This document shows, one piece after another, positions 53,640 to 63,519 of a stretch of DNA of 64,000 nt (position 1 is the stretch's first letter; each line of letters begins with the position of its first letter). The DNA is taken from contig CAVWWM010000010.1 of the NCBI GenBank assembly GCA_963758695.1, forward strand, positions 35,350 to 99,349, given 5' to 3'. Position numbers and translations under genes: made by a program. Source of the stretch: an uncultured Actinomycetes bacterium. Lineage in GTDB: Bacteria > Actinomycetota > Acidimicrobiia > Spongiisociales > DATADW01. The notes under the pieces are model-generated. The model did not search any database. It had not been told where the DNA came from and saw nothing but the letters and a program-made list of their open reading frames with translations.

Positions 53640-55124
53640 ATGGACATGCCGCGCTCCTCCGGGGTCCTCCTCCATGTCACCAGCCTCCCCGGACCCGACG
53701 GGATCGGTGACCTTGGACAGGCGGCATTCGATTGGGTGGACAGGCTGGCCGCCACCGGCTGCCACTACTGGCAGATACTGCCCCTCGGGCCGACAGGCTA
53801 CGGCGATTCGCCCTACCAGTGCTTCTCTGCGTTCGCCGGCAACAGCTACCTGGTCGCATCACAGCTACTGCTGGAGGAGGGACTCCTGGTGGCGTCGGAC
53901 CTGGGCGACCGCCCCTCGTTCTCCCCCCACCACATCGACTACGGCCGCGTCATCCCATGGAAGCTCGATCTGCTCGATCGTGCTTTCGACCGCTTCACAC
54001 CTGACGATTCGTACCTGGAGTTCCGCCGGACCGAGGCGGCGTGGCTCGACGACTTCGCCCTCTTCATGGCGCTCAAGGATCAGTACGGCGGCCGTCCCTG
54101 GGTGGACTGGCCCGCACCGTTCCGCGACCGGCACCCAGGGCAATTGGAGCGGGCGCTCGACGCCTATCGCCAGGAGGTCGAGCGTCACGCCTTCCGCCAA
54201 TGGCTTTTCCACCGGCAGTGGGAGGAGGTCCGGTGGCACGCCCACCAGCAGGGACTGGAGGTGATCGGCGACATCCCGATCTTCGTCGCCCACGACTCGG
54301 CCGACGTTTGGGCCAACCGTGACCTTTTTTTCCTCGATGACGAGGGGCGGCCCACCGTGGTGGCCGGTGTCCCTCCGGACTACTTCTCCCCGACCGGTCA
54401 GCTATGGGGCAACCCCCTCTACGACTGGGATCGGCACCGGATCACCGGGTACGAGTGGTGGCTGGGAAGGCTGCGTTCGGTGCTCTCGCTTGTCGATGTG
54501 GTCCGGCTGGACCACTTCCGCGGCTTCGCCGGCTACTGGGAGATCCCCGCCGACGCCGAAACCGCCATCGCCGGTCGCTGGGTCCCCGGACCGGGTGCAG
54601 ACTTCCTCCAGCACGTCCGGGCGGTGATGGGTGACCTGCCCATCATTGCCGAGGACCTCGGGGAGATAACGCCCGATGTCCACGAGCTACGCGACCGCTT
54701 CGAGCTTCCCGGGATGGCCATCCTCCAGTTCGCCTTCGACAGCGATCTGACCAATCCATTCCTCCCCCACAACCTCCGCGAGCGGAGCGTCGTCTACACC
54801 GGAACCCACGACAACGACACCACCTGGGGATGGTGGGCGACGGCGCCCGAGCACGAGCGGCGGCTGGCCATGGACTACCTGGGATCGGATGGGACCGACA
54901 TCGCGTGGGACCTGGTCCGCGCCGGTTGGCGCTCGCCGGCGGCGACGGCGGCGGCTCCGTTGCAGGACATCCTCGATCTGGGGACGGAAGCACGGATGAA
55001 CTTCCCAAGCCGGCCGGGAGGCAACTGGCGGTGGAGGGTAGGGGTGCCCACTCTGTCAGACGCCCTCGGGGATCGACTGGCAGCGCTCAACGCCGAGACC
55101 GGGCGCCTCGTCGTGGCCGGCTAG
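53640..55124 (+). CDS. malQ: 4-alpha-glucanotransferase
   Basis: GVLLHVTSLP, WQILPL, RLDHFRG, IAEDLG, YTGTHDNDT. Confidence 0.97.
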   Translation: MDMPRSSGVLLHVTSLPGPDGIGDLGQAAFDWVDRLAATGCHYWQILPLGPTGYGDSPYQCFSAFAGNSYLVASQLLLEEGLLVASDLGDRPSFSPHHIDYGRVIPWKLDLLDRAFDRFTPDDSYLEFRRTEAAWLDDFALFMALKDQYGGRPWVDWPAPFRDRHPGQLERALDAYRQEVERHAFRQWLFHRQWEEVRWHAHQQGLEVIGDIPIFVAHDSADVWANRDLFFLDDEGRPTVVAGVPPDYFSPTGQLWGNPLYDWDRHRITGYEWWLGRLRSVLSLVDVVRLDHFRGFAGYWEIPADAETAIAGRWVPGPGADFLQHVRAVMGDLPIIAEDLGEITPDVHELRDRFELPGMAILQFAFDSDLTNPFLPHNLRERSVVYTGTHDNDTTWGWWATAPEHERRLAMDYLGSDGTDIAWDLVRAGWRSPAATAAAPLQDILDLGTEARMNFPSRPGGNWRWRVGVPTLSDALGDRLAALNAETGRLVVAG

Positions 55125-55258
55125 GCAGCGAGGGCACGTCTGGGCGGCCACCTCTCGGGCGGCCACGTCTTGGGCTGCCACCTCTTGGTCAGCCATTGGA
55201 ACGATCGAGGTGCTCGCTGACCGCGGGCTCGTCGACGAGATTCAGACGAGGCGGTCAT
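55121..55258 (-). CDS. Possible 45-aa peptide with Trp pentapeptide repeats
   Basis: ATG 9 nt after the ppk2 stop, AAGG upstream; a 15-bp tandem repeat encodes WLTKR-WQPKT-WPPER-WPPRR. Confidence 0.35.
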   Translation of the reverse strand: MTASSESRRRARGQRAPRSFQWLTKRWQPKTWPPERWPPRRALAA

Positions 55259-55266
55259 CACCTTGG

Positions 55267-56103
55267 TCAGGCCTCGGCCACCAATTGATCGGCCACGTCG
55301 GGGACAGCCCGGTACAGATCGCGCGGCGGCCGCTGATAGTCGCCACCAGGGGGTCGCGACGGGAGCTCGAGCGGTGCCGTGTGCACATCCGAGTACGGGA
55401 TCTGGGCGAGGAGGTGAGAGATGCAGTTGAGCCGCGCCCGTCGCTTGTCGTCGGCCTCCACGGTGTACCACGGCGCCTCTGGGATGTCGGTGTGGACGAA
55501 CATCTCGTCCTTCGCCCGCGAGTACTCGACCCATCGGGTACGCGACTCGAGGTCCATCGGGGACAGCTTCCAACGCCTCATTGGATCCTTCATCCTCGAG
55601 GCGAAGCGGCGCTCCTGCTCCTCGTCGCTCACCGAGAACCAGTACTTGATCAGCCGTATCCCGTCCTCGATCAGCATCCGCTCGAAGACGGGGCATTGGT
55701 GGAGGAAGCGGCGGTACTCGTCCGGCGAGCAGAACCCCATCACCCGCTCCACTCCCGCCCGGTTGTACCAACTGCGATCGAAAAGGGCTATCTCACCGGC
55801 GGCGGGGAGGTGGGAGACGTACCGCTGGAAGTACCACTGGGAGCGTTCCCGCTCGGTGGGGGCGGGTAGAGCGATGATGCGCGCCACCCGCGGGTTGAGA
55901 TACTCGGCGATCCTCTTGATGACACCACCCTTGCCGGCAGCATCTCTGCCCTCGAACACCACCACGACACGCTCACCCTCTTGGCGCACCCATTCCTTGA
56001 GCTTGACCAGTTCGGCCTGGAGGTCGAGGAGTGCACGCTCGTAGGCCTTCTTGGGGAGCTTTGTGTGGTGGACGTGCTTGGAGCTTGCATCGTCTTTGGC
56101 CAT
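55267..56103 (-). CDS. ppk2: Polyphosphate kinase 2
   Basis: FEGRDAAGKGG, QWYFQRY, FDRSWYNR, WKLSPMD. Confidence 0.97.
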   Translation of the reverse strand: MAKDDASSKHVHHTKLPKKAYERALLDLQAELVKLKEWVRQEGERVVVVFEGRDAAGKGGVIKRIAEYLNPRVARIIALPAPTERERSQWYFQRYVSHLPAAGEIALFDRSWYNRAGVERVMGFCSPDEYRRFLHQCPVFERMLIEDGIRLIKYWFSVSDEEQERRFASRMKDPMRRWKLSPMDLESRTRWVEYSRAKDEMFVHTDIPEAPWYTVEADDKRRARLNCISHLLAQIPYSDVHTAPLELPSRPPGGDYQRPPRDLYRAVPDVADQLVAEA

Positions 56104-56147
56104 ATTGTGGCCAGGCTAGGTGAACCGCCAGATTTGGCTCGGAGGAT

Positions 56148-57479
56148 GTGCCCGCGCCGTTACGTAGCATCCGAGATGTGCCGCGGCGACTCCTCGGACT
56201 CTGCACCGTCCTGCTCCTGGCCATGGCCTGCTCAGGCTCGGGTTCGAGCGGGACCACGACGGCCGAGACCGAAACCCAGTCTACCGCGACTGGCAGCGCC
56301 ACCACCATCGGCACCGCCACCACGGCCGCCGGCACGGCGACCACTGCTGGAGCGGCGAGTGGGGAAGCCGACGGTGGTCTCGTGATCCTCGACGGGTCGG
56401 GCAACGTGGCCGTGCTGGCACCCGACGGGAGCGGGTCCAACCAGATCACCGACGACGCCGGTCCCGATCAGGTCTATCTCCAACCCACTTGGTCGCCAGA
56501 CGGCCACCGGGTCGTGGTGACGTCCCTCGCGCCCGAGGGCTCCGCCGTCCTGGTGGCGTCAATCGATGGCGAAGTAACTCCGACGACCACCGAGTTCGCC
56601 CCCTTTTATTACCAGTGGAGCCCGGCGGGCGACAGGGTCGCCTTCCTGGGGACGCCCGAGCAGGGAGGCATTGCCCTGGGGATGCTCGACACCGCGGCGG
56701 GGACGGTGGAGACGATCGACGCCGGCCAGCCCTACTACTTGCATTGGTCGTCCGACGGTTCCCGATTGGCTGTCCATGTCGGCTCCGACCGGCTCGACCT
56801 GATCGATCCTGTCACCGGGGATCTCACTCCGTTGGGGCAGACACCGGGCGCGTTCCAGGCTCCAGAATGGCACCCTGATGGGTCCCGTTTGGTGGCGGTC
56901 CTCCGTGCCGAGGCCGGTGGGGTCAACGCGGTGTACAACTCGGCGCTGGCGCAGGGGTCCAGCCAGCAGCTTGCGGTGATCGAGGTCGAGTCGGGTGAGG
57001 TAGAGGAGGTGGCAACCATCGAGGGTGCGGTCTCCTCGCAGATGTCGCCGGGCGGCGACCGCATCGCCTACAACGTCGCCGGGCCCAATGGAGGTGAGGT
57101 CTGGGTGACCGATCTCTCTGGGGGACGGCCCGAGCGGGTCGCCCGGGGCACGGTGGTGGCGCTCCAGTGGAGCCCCGGCGGCGACCGCCTCCTCATGCTG
57201 CGACTGGCCCCTGACAACGTGGCTCCGGTGGTCCCCCTCGTTTGGGACGGGAGCGAGCGCACCGAGTTCCCCGGCTTCACCCCGACACGGGCCTTCCTCA
57301 GCGAGTACCTCCCCTTCTGGGAGCAGTACAGCCGCGGGCTGACGCTGTGGTCCCCAGATGGACAGGCGTTTGCCTACCCGGCTGCCGGTCCGGACGGCGA
57401 CCGGATCATCGTCCAGCAGGTGGGTGCTTCCGAGCCCGTGGACTTCGGGGCGGGTACCGTGGTCGCCTGGTCACCCTGA
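56148..57479 (+). CDS. TolB/PD40-like beta-propeller lipoprotein
   Basis: Lipobox LAMAC, Thr-rich linker, repeated WSPDG-like motifs. Confidence 0.8.
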   Translation: MPAPLRSIRDVPRRLLGLCTVLLLAMACSGSGSSGTTTAETETQSTATGSATTIGTATTAAGTATTAGAASGEADGGLVILDGSGNVAVLAPDGSGSNQITDDAGPDQVYLQPTWSPDGHRVVVTSLAPEGSAVLVASIDGEVTPTTTEFAPFYYQWSPAGDRVAFLGTPEQGGIALGMLDTAAGTVETIDAGQPYYLHWSSDGSRLAVHVGSDRLDLIDPVTGDLTPLGQTPGAFQAPEWHPDGSRLVAVLRAEAGGVNAVYNSALAQGSSQQLAVIEVESGEVEEVATIEGAVSSQMSPGGDRIAYNVAGPNGGEVWVTDLSGGRPERVARGTVVALQWSPGGDRLLMLRLAPDNVAPVVPLVWDGSERTEFPGFTPTRAFLSEYLPFWEQYSRGLTLWSPDGQAFAYPAAGPDGDRIIVQQVGASEPVDFGAGTVVAWSP

Positions 57480-57519
57480 TCGCCGCGACCGGGTCTGCGT
57501 CGGTGTGAGAGACGGCAAC

Positions 57520-58833
57520 GTGGCCGACAACAACGGCGAGCCAGACGCCGAAGGCACCGCCCTCCCGGTGAGGATCCGCCCTCTAGTGGATTTTCTCCAC
57601 ACCGAGGCGGCAGGCGGTGTCGTCCTCCTCGCCGCCACGGTGGTGGCGCTGGTCTTGGCCAACTCGCCGTGGAGCGAGGCGTACCAGTCGTTCTGGCACA
57701 CCTCATTCTCCATCGAAGCAGGGCCATTCAGCCTGACCCTCGACCTGCAGGAGTTGGTCAACGACGGGCTGATGGCGGTGTTCTTCTTCGTGGTTGGGCT
57801 GGAGATCAAGCGCGAACTGGTCGAGGGAGAATTACGTGGAGCCGCGTCGGGCGGCGCTGCCGGCCATCGCCGCCGTCGGGGGGATGGTGGTTCCCGCCGC
57901 CGTCTATCTGCTGATCAACGCCGGAGGCCCGGGCGAGCAAGGTTGGGGAATCCCTATGGCGACCGACATCGCCATGGCGGTAGGGGTGCTGAGCTTGCTC
58001 GGCAGCCGGGTGCGCCCGTCCCTCAAGCTGTTCGTCCTGGCACTGGCGATCGTCGACGACATCGGCGCCATCCTCGTCATAGCCCTCTTCTACAGCGGTG
58101 GCATCCGAATCGCACCACTCCTCGGAGCAGCCGGGATGGTCGCCGTGGTGTTGGTGATGAGATCGATCGGGGTGCAGGCCATACCCGCCTATGTCGTTGC
58201 TGGCGGAGTTCTCTGGCTGTTTCTCCACGAGGCCGGGATCCACGCACCATTGCCGGGGTGATACTCGGGCTGCTGGCGCCGACCCGGCCGGCACGGCAAA
58301 GCGACATGATCGACGAGTCCGAGCTCACCGACCTGTCGAGCCCTCAGGCGGCCAGGCAGACGGCGGCGGCAGCCCGTCAGTCCGTTTCGGTGGTCGAGTG
58401 GCTCGAACACGGGCTGCACCCGTGGACCAGCTTCTTGATCCTGCCTCTCTTCGCCCTGGCAAACGCAGGCGTCCCACTGAACGCCGATGCCCTCACGATC
58501 GCCGTCGGGTCCCCGATCACCATCGGAGTGGTGATCGGGTTGGTCGTCGGGAAGACCGTTGGGATCACGGCTTTCGCCTGGCTGGCGGTGAGAACCCGGG
58601 CAGGCGAACTGCCCGACGGCGCCACGTGGCCATCGATCATGGGTGTGGCGGCAATCGCCGGAATCGGGTTCACCGTTGCCATCTTCATCGCCGGGCTCGC
58701 CTTCGAGGATCTCGGGCTGCAGGACCTGGGAAAGATCGGCATCCTGGCGGGCTCGCTACTCGCAGCCGTGATCGGGGTGCTCATACTCCGTTTGAGCGGG
58801 CCGGCACGGACAGGACCGCCTCCCGGGAGCTGA
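57520..58833 (+). CDS. nhaA: Na+/H+ antiporter NhaA (compensating frameshifts near 57835 and 58245)
   Basis: NDGLMAVFFFVVGLEIKRE, PMATDIA, LAIVDD, LFALANAG, GIGFT. Confidence 0.93.
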   Translation: MADNNGEPDAEGTALPVRIRPLVDFLHTEAAGGVVLLAATVVALVLANSPWSEAYQSFWHTSFSIEAGPFSLTLDLQELVNDGLMAVFFFVVGLEIKRELVEGELRGAASGGAAGHRRRRGDGGSRRRLSADQRRRPGRARLGNPYGDRHRHGGRGAELARQPGAPVPQAVRPGTGDRRRHRRHPRHSPLLQRWHPNRTTPRSSRDGRRGVGDEIDRGAGHTRLCRCWRSSLAVSPRGRDPRTIAGVILGLLAPTRPARQSDMIDESELTDLSSPQAARQTAAAARQSVSVVEWLEHGLHPWTSFLILPLFALANAGVPLNADALTIAVGSPITIGVVIGLVVGKTVGITAFAWLAVRTRAGELPDGATWPSIMGVAAIAGIGFTVAIFIAGLAFEDLGLQDLGKIGILAGSLLAAVIGVLILRLSGPARTGPPPGS

Positions 58834-58836
58834 TTC

Positions 58837-59706
58837 TCAGTTTGCCGTCATCCCGGCGACCGACTCGAGCGCCGCACCCAGCGGCACCGCCAGGCGGTCG
58901 ATGCCCGCCCACGGGTCTCCGTCGGAGATCCTCGGTGCAATGGTGCCGAGCCGCCACCGATCGGGTCTGCTCCTACCTATCTCGTCCCAGGTGAGCGGTA
59001 CCGCCACGGGAGCACGCGGCTTGGGGCGGATCGACCACGGGCAGACCGCCGACTGGGCGTACCGGTTTCGGAGCCAGTCGATGAAGACCCTGCCCTCTCG
59101 CTTGGCAATGCGGAACTCTGTCGTCAGTCGGTCGGGGTGCCGTGCCACCAGCGCGGCAGAGATCGCCCTGGCGGTTTCGCCGACCTGCTCGATGGTGGCT
59201 TCGGGGACGAGCGGCACAACGACGTGATACCCCTTCGACCCCGTGGTCATCGGGAGTCCCACGAGCCGCAGTTCTTCGAGGATGGCGCCGACCTGCCGCG
59301 CTGCCCAGCGAGCCGCCACAACGTCCCCTTCGGGGGGGTCGAGGTCAAAGATCATCCGGTCGGGTCGGTCGAGCGTCGGCACTCTGCTGGTCCAGACGTG
59401 GAAAGTCAGCGTCCCCTGGTTGGCCAGATAGGCCAGGCCCTCGCCATCGCCGACCACGGGGTGCTCGACGGTCCCGCCCTCCTTGAGGACCACAACCCGC
59501 CCGATCGACTCGGGGAAATAGTCGGCGGCATGCTTCTGAAAGAAACCCTGCTGGCCGATGCCGCTGGGGTACCGCTCGAGGGTGAGAGGCCGGCCCATGG
59601 CGTGCGGCACCATGATCGGGGCCACGGTCTCGTAGTACCCGACCACCTTGCCCTTGGTGATCCCGTCGTCGGGAAACAGCACCTTGTCGGGGTTGCTCAC
59701 CTCCAT
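58837..59706 (-). CDS. Stand-alone LigD polymerase (primase-polymerase) domain protein
   Basis: SNPDKVLFP, RYPSG, FFQK, FDLDP, TGSKGYH, IDWLRN. Confidence 0.92.
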   Translation of the reverse strand: MEVSNPDKVLFPDDGITKGKVVGYYETVAPIMVPHAMGRPLTLERYPSGIGQQGFFQKHAADYFPESIGRVVVLKEGGTVEHPVVGDGEGLAYLANQGTLTFHVWTSRVPTLDRPDRMIFDLDPPEGDVVAARWAARQVGAILEELRLVGLPMTTGSKGYHVVVPLVPEATIEQVGETARAISAALVARHPDRLTTEFRIAKREGRVFIDWLRNRYAQSAVCPWSIRPKPRAPVAVPLTWDEIGRSRPDRWRLGTIAPRISDGDPWAGIDRLAVPLGAALESVAGMTAN

Positions 59707-59733
59707 GGGCCGATTCTGCCTAGTGGTGGCCGT

Positions 59734-60177
59734 TTACGACGGATCGATATGGACCCGGCGCCCCCTCCGTTCCATTTCCTCTACGAGCGCCGTTTCGCTG
59801 AACGCGGCGAGGTCGATCGACCAGGGCCGCTCCGCCGGAGGTGGCGCGCCCACGACTAGCCGGGCGACCGGGTCGCGCAGGGTGCGCGCCCATGCCCGCC
59901 CCTTGGCGCCTGTCTCGAAGCTGAGTGTGCCGTCCGAGTTGGCGCGGTAAACCCGCGCCTCCACCTGAGGGTTGGCGCGCGATCCGCGCTCTCCGTACAC
60001 GAGGAGGACCGACCCAGCGGGGACGTCCTGGATGCCACCCGTGGCGACGAAGCTTCCCTCGTAGGCCCACCCCGAATCGAGTGAGCCGTCGACATTCGTC
60101 ACCACTTTGGCCCAGTTCTTGTGGCGCTCGTCGCCGATCAGCGGAATCTCGACCGGGACGAGAACGTCTTCGTCCAT
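59734..60177 (-). CDS. Hypothetical protein (147 aa)
   Basis: TACAGT -10 then 7 nt to ATG; globular-looking sequence RHKNWAKVV..VD..GWAYEG.F. Confidence 0.7.
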   Translation of the reverse strand: MDEDVLVPVEIPLIGDERHKNWAKVVTNVDGSLDSGWAYEGSFVATGGIQDVPAGSVLLVYGERGSRANPQVEARVYRANSDGTLSFETGAKGRAWARTLRDPVARLVVGAPPPAERPWSIDLAAFSETALVEEMERRGRRVHIDPS

Positions 60178-60244
60178 ACCCCCGACTGTAAGGGCCGGGA
60201 ATAGCGGACGGCAGATGTCCGCGGGGTGTGGCAACCTCGGTGCG

Positions 60245-61172
60245 GTGGACGCGGGATCGATCACATACGACCTGGCCGGACGGGGGCTCCTCATCGGGAC
60301 CTGCAGTTGGACCGACCCGACGCTCACCGGCAACACGTCGTTCTATCCGCGCAAGGAGATGACCGCCGAGGAGCGGCTCCGCCACTACGCGGGTCACTTC
60401 CCTATCGCCGAGGTCGACTCCACCTATTACGCACCGCCCAGCGAGATGACCGCCGGGCTGTGGGTGGATCGGACACCGGATGGTTTCACCTTCGACATCA
60501 AGGCCTTCCGGCTGATGACCCAGCACCCGACTCCTCTGTCCTCGCTGTGGAAGGACTTCCGAGAGAAGCTCCCCGACGAGGCGAAGGAGAAGAAGAACGT
60601 CTACGTGCGTGACCTTCCCCGTGAGCTCCAGGCCGAGGCGTTCTCCCGTTTTGCCGAGGCGCTCATGCCGCTGCACTCCTCGGGGAAACTCGGTCTGATC
60701 CTCTTCCAACTGCCGCCATATGTGTATCCCAACCGAGGGAGCTTCGGCTACATGAAGTGGGCGGCGGCACAGCTCCCCGACTATCGGATCGCCGTCGAGT
60801 TTCGCCAGGCGCAAGTGGATGGACGACGAGCACCGCGAGGAGACCCTGTCTTTCCTCGACCGACACGGCATGACCTATGTCGCCGTCGACGAGCCGCAGG
60901 GATTCAAGAGCTCGATCCCGCCGATAGCCGCCGCCACCACCGATGTTGGCGAGGTCAGGTTCCACGGTCGCAACACCGAGACTTGGGAGAAGAAAGGGAT
61001 CTCTGCGGCCGAGCGGTTCAAGTACGACTACGAGCGTCCCGAGATGGAGGAGTGGGTCCCCCGTATCGAAGCCCTCCAAGAGCGGGCCAAGGAGACCCAC
61101 CTCCTCATGAACAACTGCTACTCCGACTACGGCATCCGTTCAGCCCAACTCCTGGCGGGTCTGTTGGGCTGA
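60245..61172 (+). CDS. DUF72 protein (frameshift near 60810)
   Basis: IGTCSW, EVDSTYY, LFQLPP, VEFR, then RFHGRN, YDY, NNC in the next frame. Confidence 0.9.
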
Positions 61173-61204
61173 GAGAAGACGGGGACGGCGGACGGCAACA
61201 CGAC

Positions 61205-61277
61205 TCCGTCCCCCCGCAGGGGGGAAGGGTCCGCTGCGGAGCAGCGGGTAGGGGGGCTACCGAACTCCCAACCGTGC
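61205..61277 (-). repeat. REP-like dispersed repeat, copy 2
   Basis: Near-identical reverse complement of 26219-26291; a related double-hairpin element follows at about 61315-61367. Confidence 0.85.
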
Positions 61278-61411
61278 TCGACACTCGGCTCTCGCACCTT
61301 TGGGAGGGAACCAGCCCCCCTCCCCCGACGCCTCCGGCGCCGGGTACTCCCCCCGCCGGGGGGAGCGAATCAAGGCCGGTGGCAGCCCCCACGTCGCTAC
61401 GGTCGACGGCC

Positions 61412-63388
61412 ATGGCAAAACGACTCACCCCAGAGGCGCTGTGGGCCATCCCACGGGTCGGGGCACCGGTGGCGTCCAAGGACGGTTCCTTCCTGGTGGT
61501 CCCGGTGACCACCGCCGACATCGAGGCGAACAAGACGACCACCCGGCTGTGGCGGGTACCGACAGGCGAAGGCGAACCCGAGCCGATCACGTCGGCGGAT
61601 ACGAGCGCCTCGGGGCCGGCGATCAGCCCGGACGGTGCTCATCTTGCGTTCCTCCGGAAGGACGATGCGGGCGATAACCAGGTTTGGGTGCTGCCACTGC
61701 ATGGTGGTGAGGCACGCAGGATCACCGGTATGCCGCTCGGCGTCCTCGGGGCGAAGTGGCTACCCGACGGATCCGGTCTCGTTGTGCTCGCCGACGTATA
61801 TCGGGAAGCGCTCACCCTCGATGCGGCCCGCGAGCGTCGCAGCTCGTTGGACGAAGACCCTGTCAAGGCGCACGTCACCGAGGATCGCACCTATCGGTTC
61901 TGGGACGTATGGCTCACCGAGGGCAAAGTGCCTCATCTCTTCCGCGTGCCGGTGGATGGCGGCGAAGCCGTCGATTTGATCCCCGACTCGAAGAGGTGGT
62001 GGCAATTCCCCTCCACCGATAACCCGATGGCGGACTTCGACATCGCCCCCGATGGCTCCGAGATCGCCTTTGCCGCCGACATTTCGGAGCCTCCCCATTT
62101 CGAGCCGCGCTGGGCGGTATTCACGGTGCCGGTGGAAGGTGGCGAGGTGCGATGCCTCACCCCAAACCACACCGGGCACGACAGGCAGCCCCGCTACTCC
62201 CCCGACGGCGCCCACCTCGTCTTGGGTATGCAACGCATCCTCCAGTTCTATGCAGACCGGGTGAGACTCGTTGCCATCGAGCGCTCCACCGGCGCTGAGA
62301 CCGTCCTCACCGAGGACTGGGACGCCTCGGCCGCAGCGTGGGAGTTCGAGTCCAATGGCAGCTTGGTGATAGTTGCTGAGGATTCGGGGCGCCAAAGCCT
62401 CTACCGGATGGGTGTCGAGGTGGGAGATCCAGTCCTTTTAGTCGAGAGTGGAACGCTTTCCGACCCTGCTCCGGTCGCCGAGAACGAGGGCTATGTCCAG
62501 CACCAGAGTCTCTCCGAGCCACCCGAGGTCGCGTTCTACCGAGACGGAGAATTGCGTCGGGTGACCTCGTTCACCGTCGAGGCACTCGAGGGAATCGAGT
62601 TGGGGCCGGTCGAAGAGTTGGAGGTGACTGGGTCAGGAGAGGCCCCGATCCAGGTCTATCTGGTCAGGCCGCCGGGAGAGTTCACCGGCCCCTTGCCTCT
62701 GGTCCATCTGGTCCATGGAGGGCCTCACGGGACGTTCGGCGACGCGTGGCACAACAGGTGGAATGCCCATGCATTCGCCGCGCCGGGCCGGGCAGTAGCG
62801 CTGGTCAACTTCCACGGCTCGACCGGGTTCGGTGAGGCGTTCACCACCTCGATACACGGCGCCTGGGGAGAGCACCCCACGGCCGACGTCCTCGCCGTCA
62901 CCGACCACCTGATCGAGCGGGGGGTGGCGGATCCCGACCGCATGGCGTTGGCCGGCGGTTCTTACGGCGGGTACCTCACCTGCTGGATCACCGCCAACAC
63001 CGACCGCTTCACCTGCGCTGTGGCACACGCGGCCGTGACTGACCTTCCGGCCATGTATGCCTCGGACTGGACCACCGACACCAATCTCGCCTTCGGGGCG
63101 CTGCCCTGGGACGACCTGGATCGGGTCAACCTATGGAGTCCGTTCGCCCAGGTGACAAAGATCCAGACCCCGACTCTCGTGGTCCACGGTGAACTCGATC
63201 TGCGCGTACCTGTGACCCAGGGGCTCGCCTGGTACGGGATGCTCAAGGCCAGAGGAGTCGAGGCCCGACTGGTCCACTACCCCGACGAGAACCACTGGAT
63301 CCTCCAGCCACGCAACTCGCTCCACTGGTATGGAGAGGTTCTCGGATGGCTGGAAAGACACCTGGGGTCGGCGATACCCTCAAGTTGA
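61412..63388 (+). CDS. S9 family peptidase
   Basis: Propeller repeats, VHGGPH, GGSYGG, HGELDLRV, ENHW; TACGGT -10 before ATG. Confidence 0.94.
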   Translation: MAKRLTPEALWAIPRVGAPVASKDGSFLVVPVTTADIEANKTTTRLWRVPTGEGEPEPITSADTSASGPAISPDGAHLAFLRKDDAGDNQVWVLPLHGGEARRITGMPLGVLGAKWLPDGSGLVVLADVYREALTLDAARERRSSLDEDPVKAHVTEDRTYRFWDVWLTEGKVPHLFRVPVDGGEAVDLIPDSKRWWQFPSTDNPMADFDIAPDGSEIAFAADISEPPHFEPRWAVFTVPVEGGEVRCLTPNHTGHDRQPRYSPDGAHLVLGMQRILQFYADRVRLVAIERSTGAETVLTEDWDASAAAWEFESNGSLVIVAEDSGRQSLYRMGVEVGDPVLLVESGTLSDPAPVAENEGYVQHQSLSEPPEVAFYRDGELRRVTSFTVEALEGIELGPVEELEVTGSGEAPIQVYLVRPPGEFTGPLPLVHLVHGGPHGTFGDAWHNRWNAHAFAAPGRAVALVNFHGSTGFGEAFTTSIHGAWGEHPTADVLAVTDHLIERGVADPDRMALAGGSYGGYLTCWITANTDRFTCAVAHAAVTDLPAMYASDWTTDTNLAFGALPWDDLDRVNLWSPFAQVTKIQTPTLVVHGELDLRVPVTQGLAWYGMLKARGVEARLVHYPDENHWILQPRNSLHWYGEVLGWLERHLGSAIPSS

Positions 63389-63453
63389 ACTCTAGGTCGA
63401 GCCCTCGGAGGCGAATGACAAAATCGTCTTAGCCTCTACTTGAAGGTAAGACG

Positions 63454-63507
63454 GCTGCCAACCCGGGGTTGGCAGCTACCTCCCCGGTACTCTCCAACCC
63501 TGGGTTG
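63454..63507. repeat. Paired AACCCNGGGTT palindrome element, copy 2
   Basis: GCTGCCAACCCGGGGTTGGCAGC and CAACCCTGGGTTG, 36 bp apart. Confidence 0.7.
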
Positions 63508-63519
63508 ACGGGAAAGCAC

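Noticed and set aside
60107-63388. 1093-aa DUF72-S9 peptidase fusion ORF
   Set aside because: A frameshift near 60810 carries the frame through intergenic repeats. The true DUF72 C-terminus is in another frame ending at 61172, and the peptidase has its own start at 61412.
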